DNA from: Felis catus
Taxonomy: Eukaryota
Direction: 5' to 3'
Length of the DNA: 64,000 nucleotides
NCBI RefSeq assembly: GCF_018350175.1
Contig: NC_058369.1
Location: forward strand, 3,536,001-3,600,000
The translations under genes and the position numbers were made by a program. Positions 24,700 through 35,416 of the stretch are shown here, in pieces (the first letter of the stretch is position 1; the number at the start of each line of letters is the position of its first letter). The notes beneath the pieces are model-generated. The model searched no databases and was not told where the DNA came from. It worked only from the letters and a program-made list of their open reading frames with translations.

Positions 24700-25700
24700 A
24701 GCCGCCCCGTCGGGGACACTTGGCTGTAGCAGCCCGCCTTGGCCTGTCCCGGCCGCGGCAGCGAAATGCCCCGAGCTGGGGGCCTCCAAACCGCAGATCC
24801 CTGTTTCCTCCGGGTGAGGAGGCTGGGGGCGCCGATGACCCCGGGTGCCCCTTGCTTGGGGGACGGGCCCTCTGCTCGCCGCGTCCTGACGCGGAGGAAG
24901 GGGACAGGGCGCTGGCTCTCGCTCTCGGGGCCTCTCTCTCTCGAGGGGGGCTCCGCCCTCTGACCTAATCGCCTCCCGGAGGCCCCACCTCCTAAAACCG
25001 TTGCCTTTTGCGGGTTAGGATTTCAGCGTCTGGGTGGGAGGCGTGCAGCCGGTAACCCAGTAACGGGCAAGGCAGGGTAGTTACTTCCATCATTTCTCAC
25101 CCCCCTCCCCCCAGCCCCCAGCCCCCAGCCCCCAGCCGAGGTTTGGCGCCCCCTAGCGGTCGCCTGGCCTCTTGGCCAACCTGGGGCGTCCGGCCGCGCA
25201 GGTGGCCACCACGTGGGGCGCTAGGAAGTCCCGCCCGGCGGCCCTGGCCGACCACCCCCCCCCCGGGTGCGGCCCGACGTTTGTCCCGCGCGGGGACGGA
25301 CCGGAAGCGGGACAGCGGGCTCCCCGGAGGCGGAGGGGCTGCGGAGGGGTGGGGAGGGGGCGGTCGCCTGGCCCCGGGCCACAGTCCCGGCCGAATGGCG
25401 GCCCCACCCCCACCCTGTCTTCCCGCGCTGCCTCCCCGAAGCCTGAGGGCGGCGGGGAAAAACTCGGAGCGAAAGAGAAGGAGGTGGACGGCGCCGGCGC
25501 CGGGGTCGATCTCGGCCACCATTCTCAGGCAGGGTGGTGCTGTGCTGCCCGGAACGATTCCTTTGTCCACTGGACATCACATATGGAGCGCCTGCTGTAT
25601 GCCAGGCCCTGTTGAGCAAACACACAGCCCTGAGCACCCACAGGCAAACATCGCGGCTCGTCCCAGCCCGCGTTCCGAGCGCAGACTGAGAATAATGGCT
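24700..25700. promoter_or_regulatory. Orphan CpG island with CTCF, ETS and YY1-like motifs
   Basis: CpG-dense. GCGCCCCCTAGCGG (25146-25159, CTCF core on - strand), CCGGAAG (25301), AATGGCGGC (~25394), GC boxes. Confidence 0.65.
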
Positions 25701-26769
25701 TCAATATATAAATTCTAGAGTAGATTTGGATGCAAGGTGACATGTGACGGAGCAAAGCCAGGGGGCCTTGGGGGGAGGGGTGGCTGACAGAGGGACGACG
25801 GGGCGCGAGCAGGGGAGGGGCAAAGAGAGAGGGGGACACAGAATCCGAAGCAGGCTCCGGGCTCTGAGCTGTCGGCACAGAGCGGACGCGGGGCTCGAAC
25901 TCACGAACCGCGAGAACATAGAACATGACCTGAGCCGAGGTTGGACGCTTAACCGACTGAGCCACCCAGTCGCCCCTGCGGGGTAGCTCATTTTAATCAT
26001 GAGTCCGTTTCTGCGGTGAAGGAACTCCCACCAGGATGGTTTCCCGCTTGGGGGAGTGGAGTCGCAGAGCAGGAAATTGGGAAGAAATGGGTAGGGTCAC
26101 CGGGTCACGGTCAGGGTCGGGGAGGATTTCCACCCTGCCCACGCGGTAGGCATGAATCACCCCGAGGGCCGGCTAAAAGCAGTAAGTAGGAGAGTAATGA
26201 GGATGTGATGCGTGTTCTGTATTCATCACCTTTGGTTTTTGTTGTTGTTGTTGTTGTTCGTGTTAACTTTTAGGCACCTAGAATTTAATTTCAATAGTGG
26301 CCGGGTTTAACATCTAGTTGTCAAAAATGCTGAAAATTTGACAATCAACTCTAGGAAGGCAGTACCCCGGGGGCAGGGTCCCGCTCAGCCAGGAGAGAAG
26401 ACTGAGGTCCTCACACACCATCGAAATCAAAAGTCTCAAAAGTCCTGTGGGCGTGTCCCTACTCTGCCCTAGGGCAAGAGACCTGGTTCCCGAAATCTCT
26501 CTACGGCCACGCCTACATCCTGTTCTCGGTCTTCCTTCTGGAGGGTAGATGCATCCAGGGACAGTTCAAGCCACTTTATGGATCCCCCCCCCCCCCCCCC
26601 CCAATTCCTCTGCTGTCTTATCTGTTACCCCTAATCTCATGCAAACTTCAGCCCTTCCTCCCCTGGTCCCTGGCTCTCCCTAAGAGTGGGCCAGTTAGGA
26701 TGATGCACCCCCACTGTGGGTCAGAAAATCCAGAATTATAGTGGCTTCCAGAAGATAGGATCTGCAGCG

Positions 26770-27210
26770 TGGGCGAGACAACCAAACACAAAAGGCCACA
26801 CGGTGTGTGATTCCATTTATGCAAAATGTCCAGAACAGGCAAATCCATAGACAGGAAGTGGGTTAGGACCTCCTGCCACCTGCCACCACATGGATGGCCC
26901 CGGAGGCCACTGTGGGCAGGGACAGAAGCCAGACACAGAAGGACACATCCCTGCGTGACCCCAGGCACAGGGGGGTCCCCAGAGGAGTCCCGTCCACAGA
27001 GACAGAGAGCAGATGGTGGGAGCCAGGGGTGGGGAGTCCGTGCTTCATGGGGACAGAGTCTCGGTTTGGGGAGATGGAAAGTTCTGGAGACGGGTGGTGG
27101 GGGCGGCTGCACAACAGTGTGAGCGTGCCTGACGCCTCTGAGCTGTGCACTTGGAGACGGTCAGAAGGCTAATTTTATGTTATGTATATTTTACCCCAAT
27201 CAAAAAAAAA
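26770..27210 (+). mobile_element. L1MB-like 3' end
   Basis: AAAGTTCTGGAGA...TGCACAAC...AATTTTATGTTATGTATATTTTACCCCAAT followed by an A-tail. Confidence 0.8.
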
Positions 27211-27896
27211 TAATTAAAGAAAACGCAGAAATGTTTGGCCACAAATATGTAGCTAGTGGGGGTTTTAATAGCAGGGGATTGGTTATCTACACACATCATA
27301 GCACAATTCCCCACAACGGAATACTACGCCATCCCCAAAATACTGCTGGGAAAATCTGTCATTGGAGTGTCAGCTCCTTCAGAGCAGAGTTTTGTCCGTC
27401 CTGTTCACTTTCATACCCCTGATGTCCGGAGACGTACCTGGCACCTAGTGGGCACCCAATATATACTCACCAGCGGGAGACTGTGCATGTTAAATGTACC
27501 TGTTGAATGAATGGTAAAATATTCAAGCTATAATGCTAAGGGCACAAGAGGAGGTAATGGAACACCTGTAATTTCTTGGTCCCTCAAATGACCACTTTTC
27601 CATGTTTTATCGACGCAGGAAACAAAGAAATACTGAACTATATCTAACTTAAAGCCATGAGTATGTGTAGCATGGTGGGGGGTGTTTTTTTGGTGTTTTT
27701 TTTGGGGGGGAGGAGTGTTTGTTTTTCTTTCTCTTTTCCCCCCTGGAGAGCGTTATTACATTGAAGGAAGGGACGCCTGGGTGGCTCAGTCGGTTAAGCG
27801 TCCAACTCTGGACCTCAGCTCAGGTCTTGATCTCAGGGTCCTGAGTTCAAGCCCCATGTTGGACTCCGTGCTGGGCATGAAGCCCGCTTTAAGGAC

Positions 27897-27927
<31 letters not shown>

Positions 27928-28359
27928 TGTTGTTCTCAACACCTGACGGCACTCAAGGATGAAAGAAATTCAGACATGTGCACAGAACACGATATACAAG
28001 AGACCCGTTTGTAGGTCAGGGCACCCGGCTGGCTCAGCCGGGAGAGCTTGGGAGCGCGTGTAACTCTTGATCTCAGGGTTGTGGGTTCAAACCCTATGTT
28101 GGGTGTGAAAATTATTTCAAATCTTTTTTTAAATTTTTTCTTTTTCTTTTTTTTTTTCAGGTGTATTTATTTATTTATTTATTTATTTAGAGAGAACATG
28201 AGCAGGGGAGGGGCAGAGAGAGAGAGAGAGAGAGAATCCCGAGCAGGCACCACAGTGTCAGCGCAGAGCCCGATGCGGGGCTCAATCTCACGAGCCACGA
28301 GATCATGACCTGAGCCAATACCAATAGTGGGACGCTTAACCAACTGAGCCACGCAGCGA

Positions 28360-29247
28360 CAGGAAGAGACCGGAACCGTCCCTCCTCCACGTGGGCACCC
28401 AGCGAGAAGGCGGCACCTCCAAACCAGGAAAAAGGCCCTCCCGGAACCCAGCCACCCTGGCATCCTGGTCTCCCAACTGCTAGCCTCCCAAACTGCGGGA
28501 AATAAATGTTTTGTCCTTGTAGCCACTGCGATGGTTTATTTTATGTGCCATCCTGCTGGGGCTACGAGATGTCGAGAGAGCAGGTAATACACTCACTGCT
28601 CTTCGAGTGTCTGTGAAGGTGTCTCTGGAAGAGACTAGCATTTGTATCAGTAGATGGAGTAAGCAAGATGGCCTCACCGATGAGGGTGGGCCTCATCTAA
28701 TCCATTGAGGGTCTGGATAGACCAAAAAGGTGGATGGGTGCCTGGGGGGGGGCTCGTAAGCGTCTGACTCTTTCTTGGCTTGGGCTCAGGTCACGATGTC
28801 GCGGTTCGTGGGTTCGAGCCCTGTACCGGGTTCCATGCTGACAGCACAGAACCTGCTTGGGACTCTCTCTTCCCTCTCTCCCTCTCCCCTGCTCACGTGT
28901 GCTTGCTCTCTCTTTCTCTCTCAAAATAAATAAACTTAAAAAAAAAAAAAAAAGGTGGAGGGACGGAGAATTTGCTCTCCCTGCCGGAGCCGGGATGCCC
29001 ATGTCTCCTGGTCTTGGGAATCGGAGCTCTCTCCTGATCCTCGGGCCTTCGGGCTCGGGGACTGCATGGCAGCACTGGCTTTCCTGTGTCTGCAGGTGGC
29101 AGATGGCCCATCAGAGGACTTCGTGGCCTCCGGAATTCCGTGAGCCAATTCCGTGTGTAGCCTTGGGTTCTCTGCCTCTGGGGGCCCTGACTAACACGGC
29201 CACCCCGTCTGTGGCATTTGTTATAGCAGCCCGAGCTGACTCAGACA
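28360..29247 (+). mobile_element. MLT1-like LTR interrupted by an MLT2-like LTR (28527-29198), itself interrupted by a CAN-SINE (~28735-28953)
   Basis: 5-bp duplication GCCAC at 28522-28526 and 29199-29203. SINE flanked by AAAAAGGTGGA on both sides. The outer LTR resumes and ends GTTATAGCAGCCCGAGCTGACTCAGACA. Confidence 0.75.
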
Positions 29248-30029
29248 GAGTCTTTCCCGAAGATTCCCGGAGAACGTCAGTGGTGCCAGGGAGGGCATCC
29301 AGGGAGCGCCACCGGGTCAAGGGCTCACACAGGAGGGCTCGGGAGTCTCACCTGAAGAGGGTCCAAGAGGTGGCCAAGTGAAGGTGTGGAACAGTGTTGC
29401 AAGAAGAGGGAACAGTACCCGTACAAGTCAGGAGTTGTGAGAGAACCCTCTGCGTTTCTGGAACACTCCCGAGTCCGCCCGCATCTTTCATCTTTCCTAC
29501 GTTCTCAATAACCCTGGGGGCAGGCGGCAGCAAAGGGCAGGCGGGAGCGTGTTGGGGGTCAGGGTCTGGCTTCGGGGGTGCGGTTCACGCTTCGCAAGTG
29601 TGGACCTATGTGTGCGGTCACCCGGGCCCCCAGGCTCGGAAGGACCCCACGTTTGGTTTGAGGCTCTGCTGTCACCACCGGGAGGGAAATTCTTAATCAG
29701 TTTGAGACCAGGGAGGCCACATTTTCATTTCGCACGGGGTCCTGCCAATGACATAGCTTCCTTTCCCCGGGTTCAAATCCCGACCCTGCCATTTACTTGC
29801 CCCGTGTCCTTGGGCGAGTGGCCGAAATTCTCGAAGCTCCCAACCCCAGAGGTTTTACTCAGAAGGATATTTAAGACCTAGGTCCGACGACCAAGGGCTT
29901 AGGCGGTCTAAGTCAAGTGTAGATTTTGTATTCGGGGTGTCGAGTGTTGGAGGAAGCGACGTTAAGTGTTCAATCGTGTATTAATGAGGGAGTAGATAAA
30001 TGTATGCGTGCACACGAATGACTGAGAAG

Positions 30030-30744
30030 CGAGCTGAGCGCGGGACACCCGCCCTTAGGGCCACACGCGTACCCCACCCCCCACCTCCCGCGTCCCTTAC
30101 CGTCCTAGGCGCCGCCAGCCTTCCCGCCTCTCCCGAGCGCCCCCTGCCGGCCAGCGGCTCCGCCGCGCCACAGCCAGATCACACCGGGCCGTTTGGCCGG
30201 CTTAGTCCTCGTTCTCGCTCCCGATTGGCTCCGAGTCGCTCGCGATGCCTCTCGGGCAATGTAGTCTCTCGGCCCGCGCCCGCGTTTCCTGTGGGCCGGA
30301 GCGCGGAGAGAGCCACGGGAAGTACGTAGTCGAACTTGCCCGGGTTCCCAGAAGTCACGGTGATAGCGTTGCGCGACGGGAATTGTAGTCCACGCCCGGC
30401 CAGGTCCCGCCCCAACCCTCTGCGCTCGGAACCACAATCCCCACCATGCACCGCGCTCCCAGGTCCCCTCTGCTGGCCCGCGTCCTTCTAGGAGCGGTAG
30501 TCTTGACCCTCTACGTCCCTCGTCTGTCTTGAGGGGGAGGCCGGCTCCCAGGACTACATTTCCCTGCGCGCCCCCCTGAGCCCGCGGGGCGCCAGGACGC
30601 GGCAGCCATTTTGTTCCGCCGGAGAAGCCCCTAAGATGGCGGCGGGGGAGACGGTGAAGGTTGCCGCCCGCCCCTCCGGGCGTTAGCCCGCGCGCCCTCC
30701 GCGTCCCCCGGCGGCCGGCCCATGGCCTGGCGGAAGCCCGCGCC
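30030..30744 (+). promoter_or_regulatory. FEM1A: FEM1A CpG-island promoter and 5'UTR
   Basis: ACTACA-N-TCCC-type motifs at 30254-30266, 30317-30331, 30378-30390 (all -) and 30552-30564 (+). YY1 motifs CAGCCATTTT (30603) and AAGATGGCGGC (30633). Inverted CCAAT ~30224. Confidence 0.8.
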
Positions 30745-32710
30745 ATGGACCTCCGCACCGCCGTGTACAACGCCGCCCGCGACGGCAAGCTGCAGCTGCT
30801 TCAGAAGCTGCTCAGCGGCCGGAGCCGGGAGGAGCTGGACGAGCTGACGGGTGAGGTGGCCGGCGGGGGGACGCCGCTGCTCATCGCCGCCCGCTACGGC
30901 CACCTGGACGTGGTCGAGTACCTGGTGGACCGGTGCGGCGCGAGCGTGGAGGCGGGCGGCTCGGTGCACTTCGACGGCGAGACCATCGAGGGCGCGCCGC
31001 CGCTGTGGGCCGCCTCGGCCGCCGGCCACCTGGACGTGGTGCGCAGCCTGCTGCGCCGCGGGGCGTCGGTGAACCGCACGACGCGCACCAACTCGACGCC
31101 GCTGCGCGCCGCCTGCTTCGACGGGCACCTGGAGGTGGTGCGCTACCTGGTGGGCGAGCACCAGGCCGACCTGGAGGTGGCCAACCGGCACGGCCACACG
31201 TGCCTCATGATCTCCTGTTACAAGGGCCACCGCGAGATCGCCCGCTACCTGCTGGAGCAGGGCGCCCAAGTGAACCGGCGCAGCGCCAAGGGCAACACGG
31301 CCCTGCACGACTGCGCCGAGTCCGGGAGCCTGGAGATCCTGCAGCTGCTGCTCGGCTGCCACGCCCGCATGGAGCGCGACGGCTACGGCATGACCCCGCT
31401 GCTGGCGGCCAGCGTCACGGGCCACACCAACATCGTGGAGTACCTCATCCAGGAGCAGCCTGCTGGGGAGGGGGGCCCCTCCGCCGGCCCGGCATGTGTG
31501 CCGCCCGCGGGGCCCCGCGGCCGCAGCTCCCCCCGGAGGACGCGCTCGGCGACGCGTCCGAGAGCTGCTGCCCCACGAGCCGGGAGGCCGCCGTGGAAGC
31601 CCTCGAGTTGCTGGGAGCCACCTACGTGGATAAGAAGCGGGACCTGCTCGGGGCCCTGAAACACTGGAGACGGGCCATGGAGCTGCGTCACCAGGGCGGC
31701 GCGTATCTGCCCAAACCGGAGCCCCCGCAGCTGGTCCTGGCCTATGACTACTCCAGGGAGGTGACCACCACCGAGGAGCTGGAAGCGCTCATAACCGACC
31801 CGGACGAGATGCGCACGCAGGCCCTGTTGGTCCGGGAGCGCATCCTGGGGCCGGCCCACCCGGACACGTCCTACTACATCCGCTACCGGGGGGCGGTGTA
31901 CGCCGACTCGGGCAATTTCGAGCGCTGCATCCGCTTGTGGAAGTACGCCCTGGACATGCAGCAGAACAACCTGGAGCCCCTGAGCCCCATGACCGCCAGC
32001 AGCTTCCTCTCCTTCGCCGAACTCTTCTCCTACGTGCTCCAGGACCGGGCGGCCAAGGGCAGCCCGGGCGCGCAGATCGGCTTTGCGGACCTCATGGGCG
32101 TGCTCTGCAAAGGAGTGCGGGAGGTGGAGCGGGCCCTGCAGCTGCCCAAGGAGCCCGGGGACTCGGCCCAGTTCACCAAGGCCTTGGCCATCATCCTCCA
32201 CCTGCTGTACCTGCTGGAGAAGGTGGAGTGCACGCCGGACCAGGAGCACCTCAAGCGCCAGACCGTGTACCGGCTGCTGAAGTGCGCCCCCCGGGGCAAG
32301 AACGGCTTCACCCCCTGCACATGGCTGTGGACAAGGACACCACAAACGTCGGCCGCTACCCGGTGGGCCGGTTCCCCTCTCCCCAGGTGGTCAAGGTGCT
32401 GCTTGACTGCGGGGCGGACCCAGACAGCCGGGACTTTGACAACAACACCCCGCTACACATAGCGGCCCAGAACAACTGCCCCGGGATCATGAACGCCCTG
32501 ATCGAAGCGGGCGCCCACATGGATGCCACCAATGCCTTCAAGAAGACCGCCTACCAGCTGCTGGACGAAGAGCTGCTGGCCAAGAGCACCATCCAGCCCT
32601 TCAACTATGTGACCCTGCAGTGCCTTGCGGCCCGCGCCCTGGACAGAAACAAGATCCCCTACAAGGGCTTCATCCCCGAGGAGCTGGAGGCTTTCATCGA
32701 GCTGCACTGA
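30745..32710 (+). CDS. FEM1A: Protein fem-1 homolog A (ankyrin-repeat CRL2 substrate receptor); single exon, ~655 aa once two -1 frameshifts are corrected
   Basis: Starts MDLRTAVYNAARDGKLQLLQKLL in strong Kozak GCCATGG. Ankyrin repeats (TPLLIAARYGHLDVVEYL, TALHDCAESGS). Middle ESCCPTSREAAVEALELLGAT is in a second frame. C-terminal VTLQCLAARAL (VHL/BC-box-like)...EAFIELH* is in a third frame. Confidence 0.95.
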
Positions 32711-34251
32711 CGGGGTCCTGAGAGCCGAGAAGCCGGGAAGAGTGGGGCCCACGCTCGTCTCCCCGCCTCCCCCCTCCCCCGAGCCCTTGGGCAGCGGGGA
32801 ACAGAAGGGCTCTCCAGTCTCCAGAGCCCCTGTCCCCTCCGCTCTGCGGAGAGGGGAAAGGAATCAGCCGGTCGTTGGTGCTCGAAGCCTTCGCATCAGG
32901 CGCTCGAGGAACTGGCCCTCTCCGGGAGCCCGCGAGCCTGTCTTTGACCGGGGGAAGTTGCACGCGCGTCCACACATGCCGTCTGCCCGGGTCTCGGAGG
33001 AGTTTCGCCTTCTTGCCTCGAGGCAGAGGGATCGCAGCTTTTGCCTTCCTTTCCGAGAACCGGGAAGAGGCTGAGGGTCGGGTCCCTGCTTTTTCGCCCC
33101 CCTGCGGCCGAGTGCGGTGTGAGGACGGGGGAGGGGGGCGCCCCCAGGTGGCCGGTCGGAGAAGCGGGCCGACTCTCAGTTCTCCAGCACGCTTGCGCCC
33201 TGCTCCCTGCCCCCCCGCCGTCACCACGGGCCGTGGGCCGGGCTCCCTGCCCGGGCGGCCTGCCCCTCGCATGGCTTGCGTTGGTGTGGTGTTGCGTTTC
33301 TTAGTGAGCGGGCAGGTTACAGGCGTGGCGCGGGAGGCCAGAAGTTGTGCTGCCGTATTTTTTCTTTTCCTGAGAATTTCTGGCCCCACGGAATGAGCTG
33401 ATGTCACACAGGGAGGCTTTTGCCGTGGCCGAGGTGGCGAGGCTGTCTGCCAGGGGTGGGCTCGGTGGCGTGGAGGATTTGGTGGCGGTCCCTAAAGCGA
33501 GGCGACTGCCCATTTTCTAGAACTTCCCTGTTTGCCTTCCACTTGGGCCTCCCCCAACTTTCCACTCAAATCACAAAGAGGGGCGTCTTCCAAGCAAGGA
33601 TCGGGCCAGGCGCCGAAGGAGCTGGCGGGGCCGTCACTCCCCGACCCGGCAAGGACCCGCACGGTCGGAGTGGATCAGGGTCTCAGTGTCTGAGTCCCAG
33701 GAAGTGCGGTCGCCTCAGCCTCCCGGGCCCCGCGCGCATGCGCAGTGTGGCTGTGCGCAGCCCCGCGGCTCTAGGCTTTTTTTTTTTTTTTTTTTTTTTT
33801 TTTAGCTGCTTGGAAGCCTGAACGCAGGTGTTCCTGAGCCAGGTCCCCACTCGCTGTTAACTGAGCTGGAGGAGGTGGCGAATGTCCACAAGTTGCCAGG
33901 GAGGTGATCTCGGTTTCCCACCACTCGGGGCGCGCATGCGCCAAGCGCAGCGGTGCCGCCCAGGCCCCCGGCAGCGGCGGGCCGGTGGCGGTGAGCCGGG
34001 GCAGGTGGCAGAGAACGAAGCGGCCTCTTGGGCTCAGGAGGCGGGGCCCCGCCTGGAGAGGGTGTATTCTTCCCCCTCCCCCCCCCCCCCCCCCAGCCTC
34101 CTCTCGCAGCTGCACGGAGGCCTCGAGAAGCCACAGCGGGCCCCTGGGCCCCGTTTGCATTTGCAGTGTTAGTTAGGACGTTATTTATTGGCAAGGCCGG
34201 GTTTTACCTTCCGTCGAGGCGGGAAAGTGCCCCTGTCCCTTCAAAGCACGG

Positions 34252-34257
34252 AATAAA
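34252..34257 (+). terminator. FEM1A: Probable FEM1A polyadenylation signal
   Basis: First AATAAA I found after the stop, ~1.55 kb downstream, preceded by TTATTTATT (34181). Confidence 0.65.
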
Positions 34258-35169
34258 GCAATGAGGCAGTTTAAATCGTGCGTCTCCGCGCCGGTGCCCG
34301 AGTCATTTAAAAGGCAGCCGTGGGGGGACGGGGGTGGTGGGGGGATGGACGGCTCCCTCCCGGGGTGGGCAGGAAGAAGGCGGGGAGAGGGTGCCGCCCA
34401 GCGCCACCCTCGTGGTGTGGGGGCTCGCAGAGCCCAGCCCCCGGGCCACCATCTCACTGGGGCAGTTTCTGTCTGTGTCCTGGGACCTTGCGTGGGGTTT
34501 CCCTGGGAAGGGGCGTGTTTCTGCCCGTGGAAAAGGAGGGAAACCGCTGACTTCTCCCAAACCCCAGCTTTGCGGTAGGGAAGGCTCCAAAGAGGTGGCT
34601 TGGCCCTCCGGGAAGGTGAGGGAGGGCTGGGGCAGCCGGGGGAGCGCCCAAGAGGCCGAACTCGGTAGCTCTGTGGTTCCGGTCGGGGAGGAAAATCTGG
34701 TCCCTCTTCTTTCTCCTGCCGGTTCCCTCGTGTAGTTGCAGTTCTCCGTACGGTAGCACAGTGAGAGCACTGCTCCCTGGTCTGGCGCGCTGAGTAGGTG
34801 CCGCTGCCCCCTGTGCGCCAGGCACGGTGCAGGCCCCCTCGGGTCAGGATTGCACCGGCCGGATCGAGGCTGATTATTCCGTGTCGTCCCCTCGCACGAC
34901 AGTGGGGAAGGCAAGGCTGCTTCTCCGGCTCCTGGTTTCACGGGGTCCGACCACTAACAGCACCCGCTCTGCTGTAATGGAACACATGGTGGCCTGGGAG
35001 GAGTGGGTGTTGAATCAGCAGGTGCTCCAGAGTAGTCTCGGGACACAACACCGGCCCAAGCATTTATTGGGCCCTTGCTGGATGCCAGGCACCATTCCAC
35101 ATGCTTCCATGGGCCACCTGAATCGCTGCTCACAGCAGCCCTGTAAAGTAGGTGTGTTTTTTTGTGTGT

Positions 35170-35189
35170 GTCTTTTTTACATTTATTTT

Positions 35190-35257
<68 letters not shown>

Positions 35258-35416
35258 AGCAGGGGAGGGGCAGAGAGAGGGAGACACAGAATCCTAAGCA
35301 GCTCCAGGCTCTGCGCTGACAGCACAGAGCCTGACACGGGACTTGAACCCATGGATCGCGAGATCGTGACCTGAGCGGAAGCCGGAAGCCTAACCGACTG
35401 AGCCACCCAGGCCTCC
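35170..35416 (-). mobile_element. CAN-SINE with (GA)~32 expansion
   Basis: Reverse SINE; GA repeat at 35191-35254. Confidence 0.9.

Noticed and set aside
31529..32315. Programmed frameshifting, or FEM1A as a processed pseudogene
   Set aside because: No X XXY YYZ A/U-type slippery site. The gene is natively intronless and syntenic, with an intact promoter and no poly(A) remnant; homopolymer error is simpler.
30631..32345. Antisense ORFs (264 and 320 aa) opposite FEM1A
   Set aside because: Shadow ORFs produced by high GC3 codon usage.
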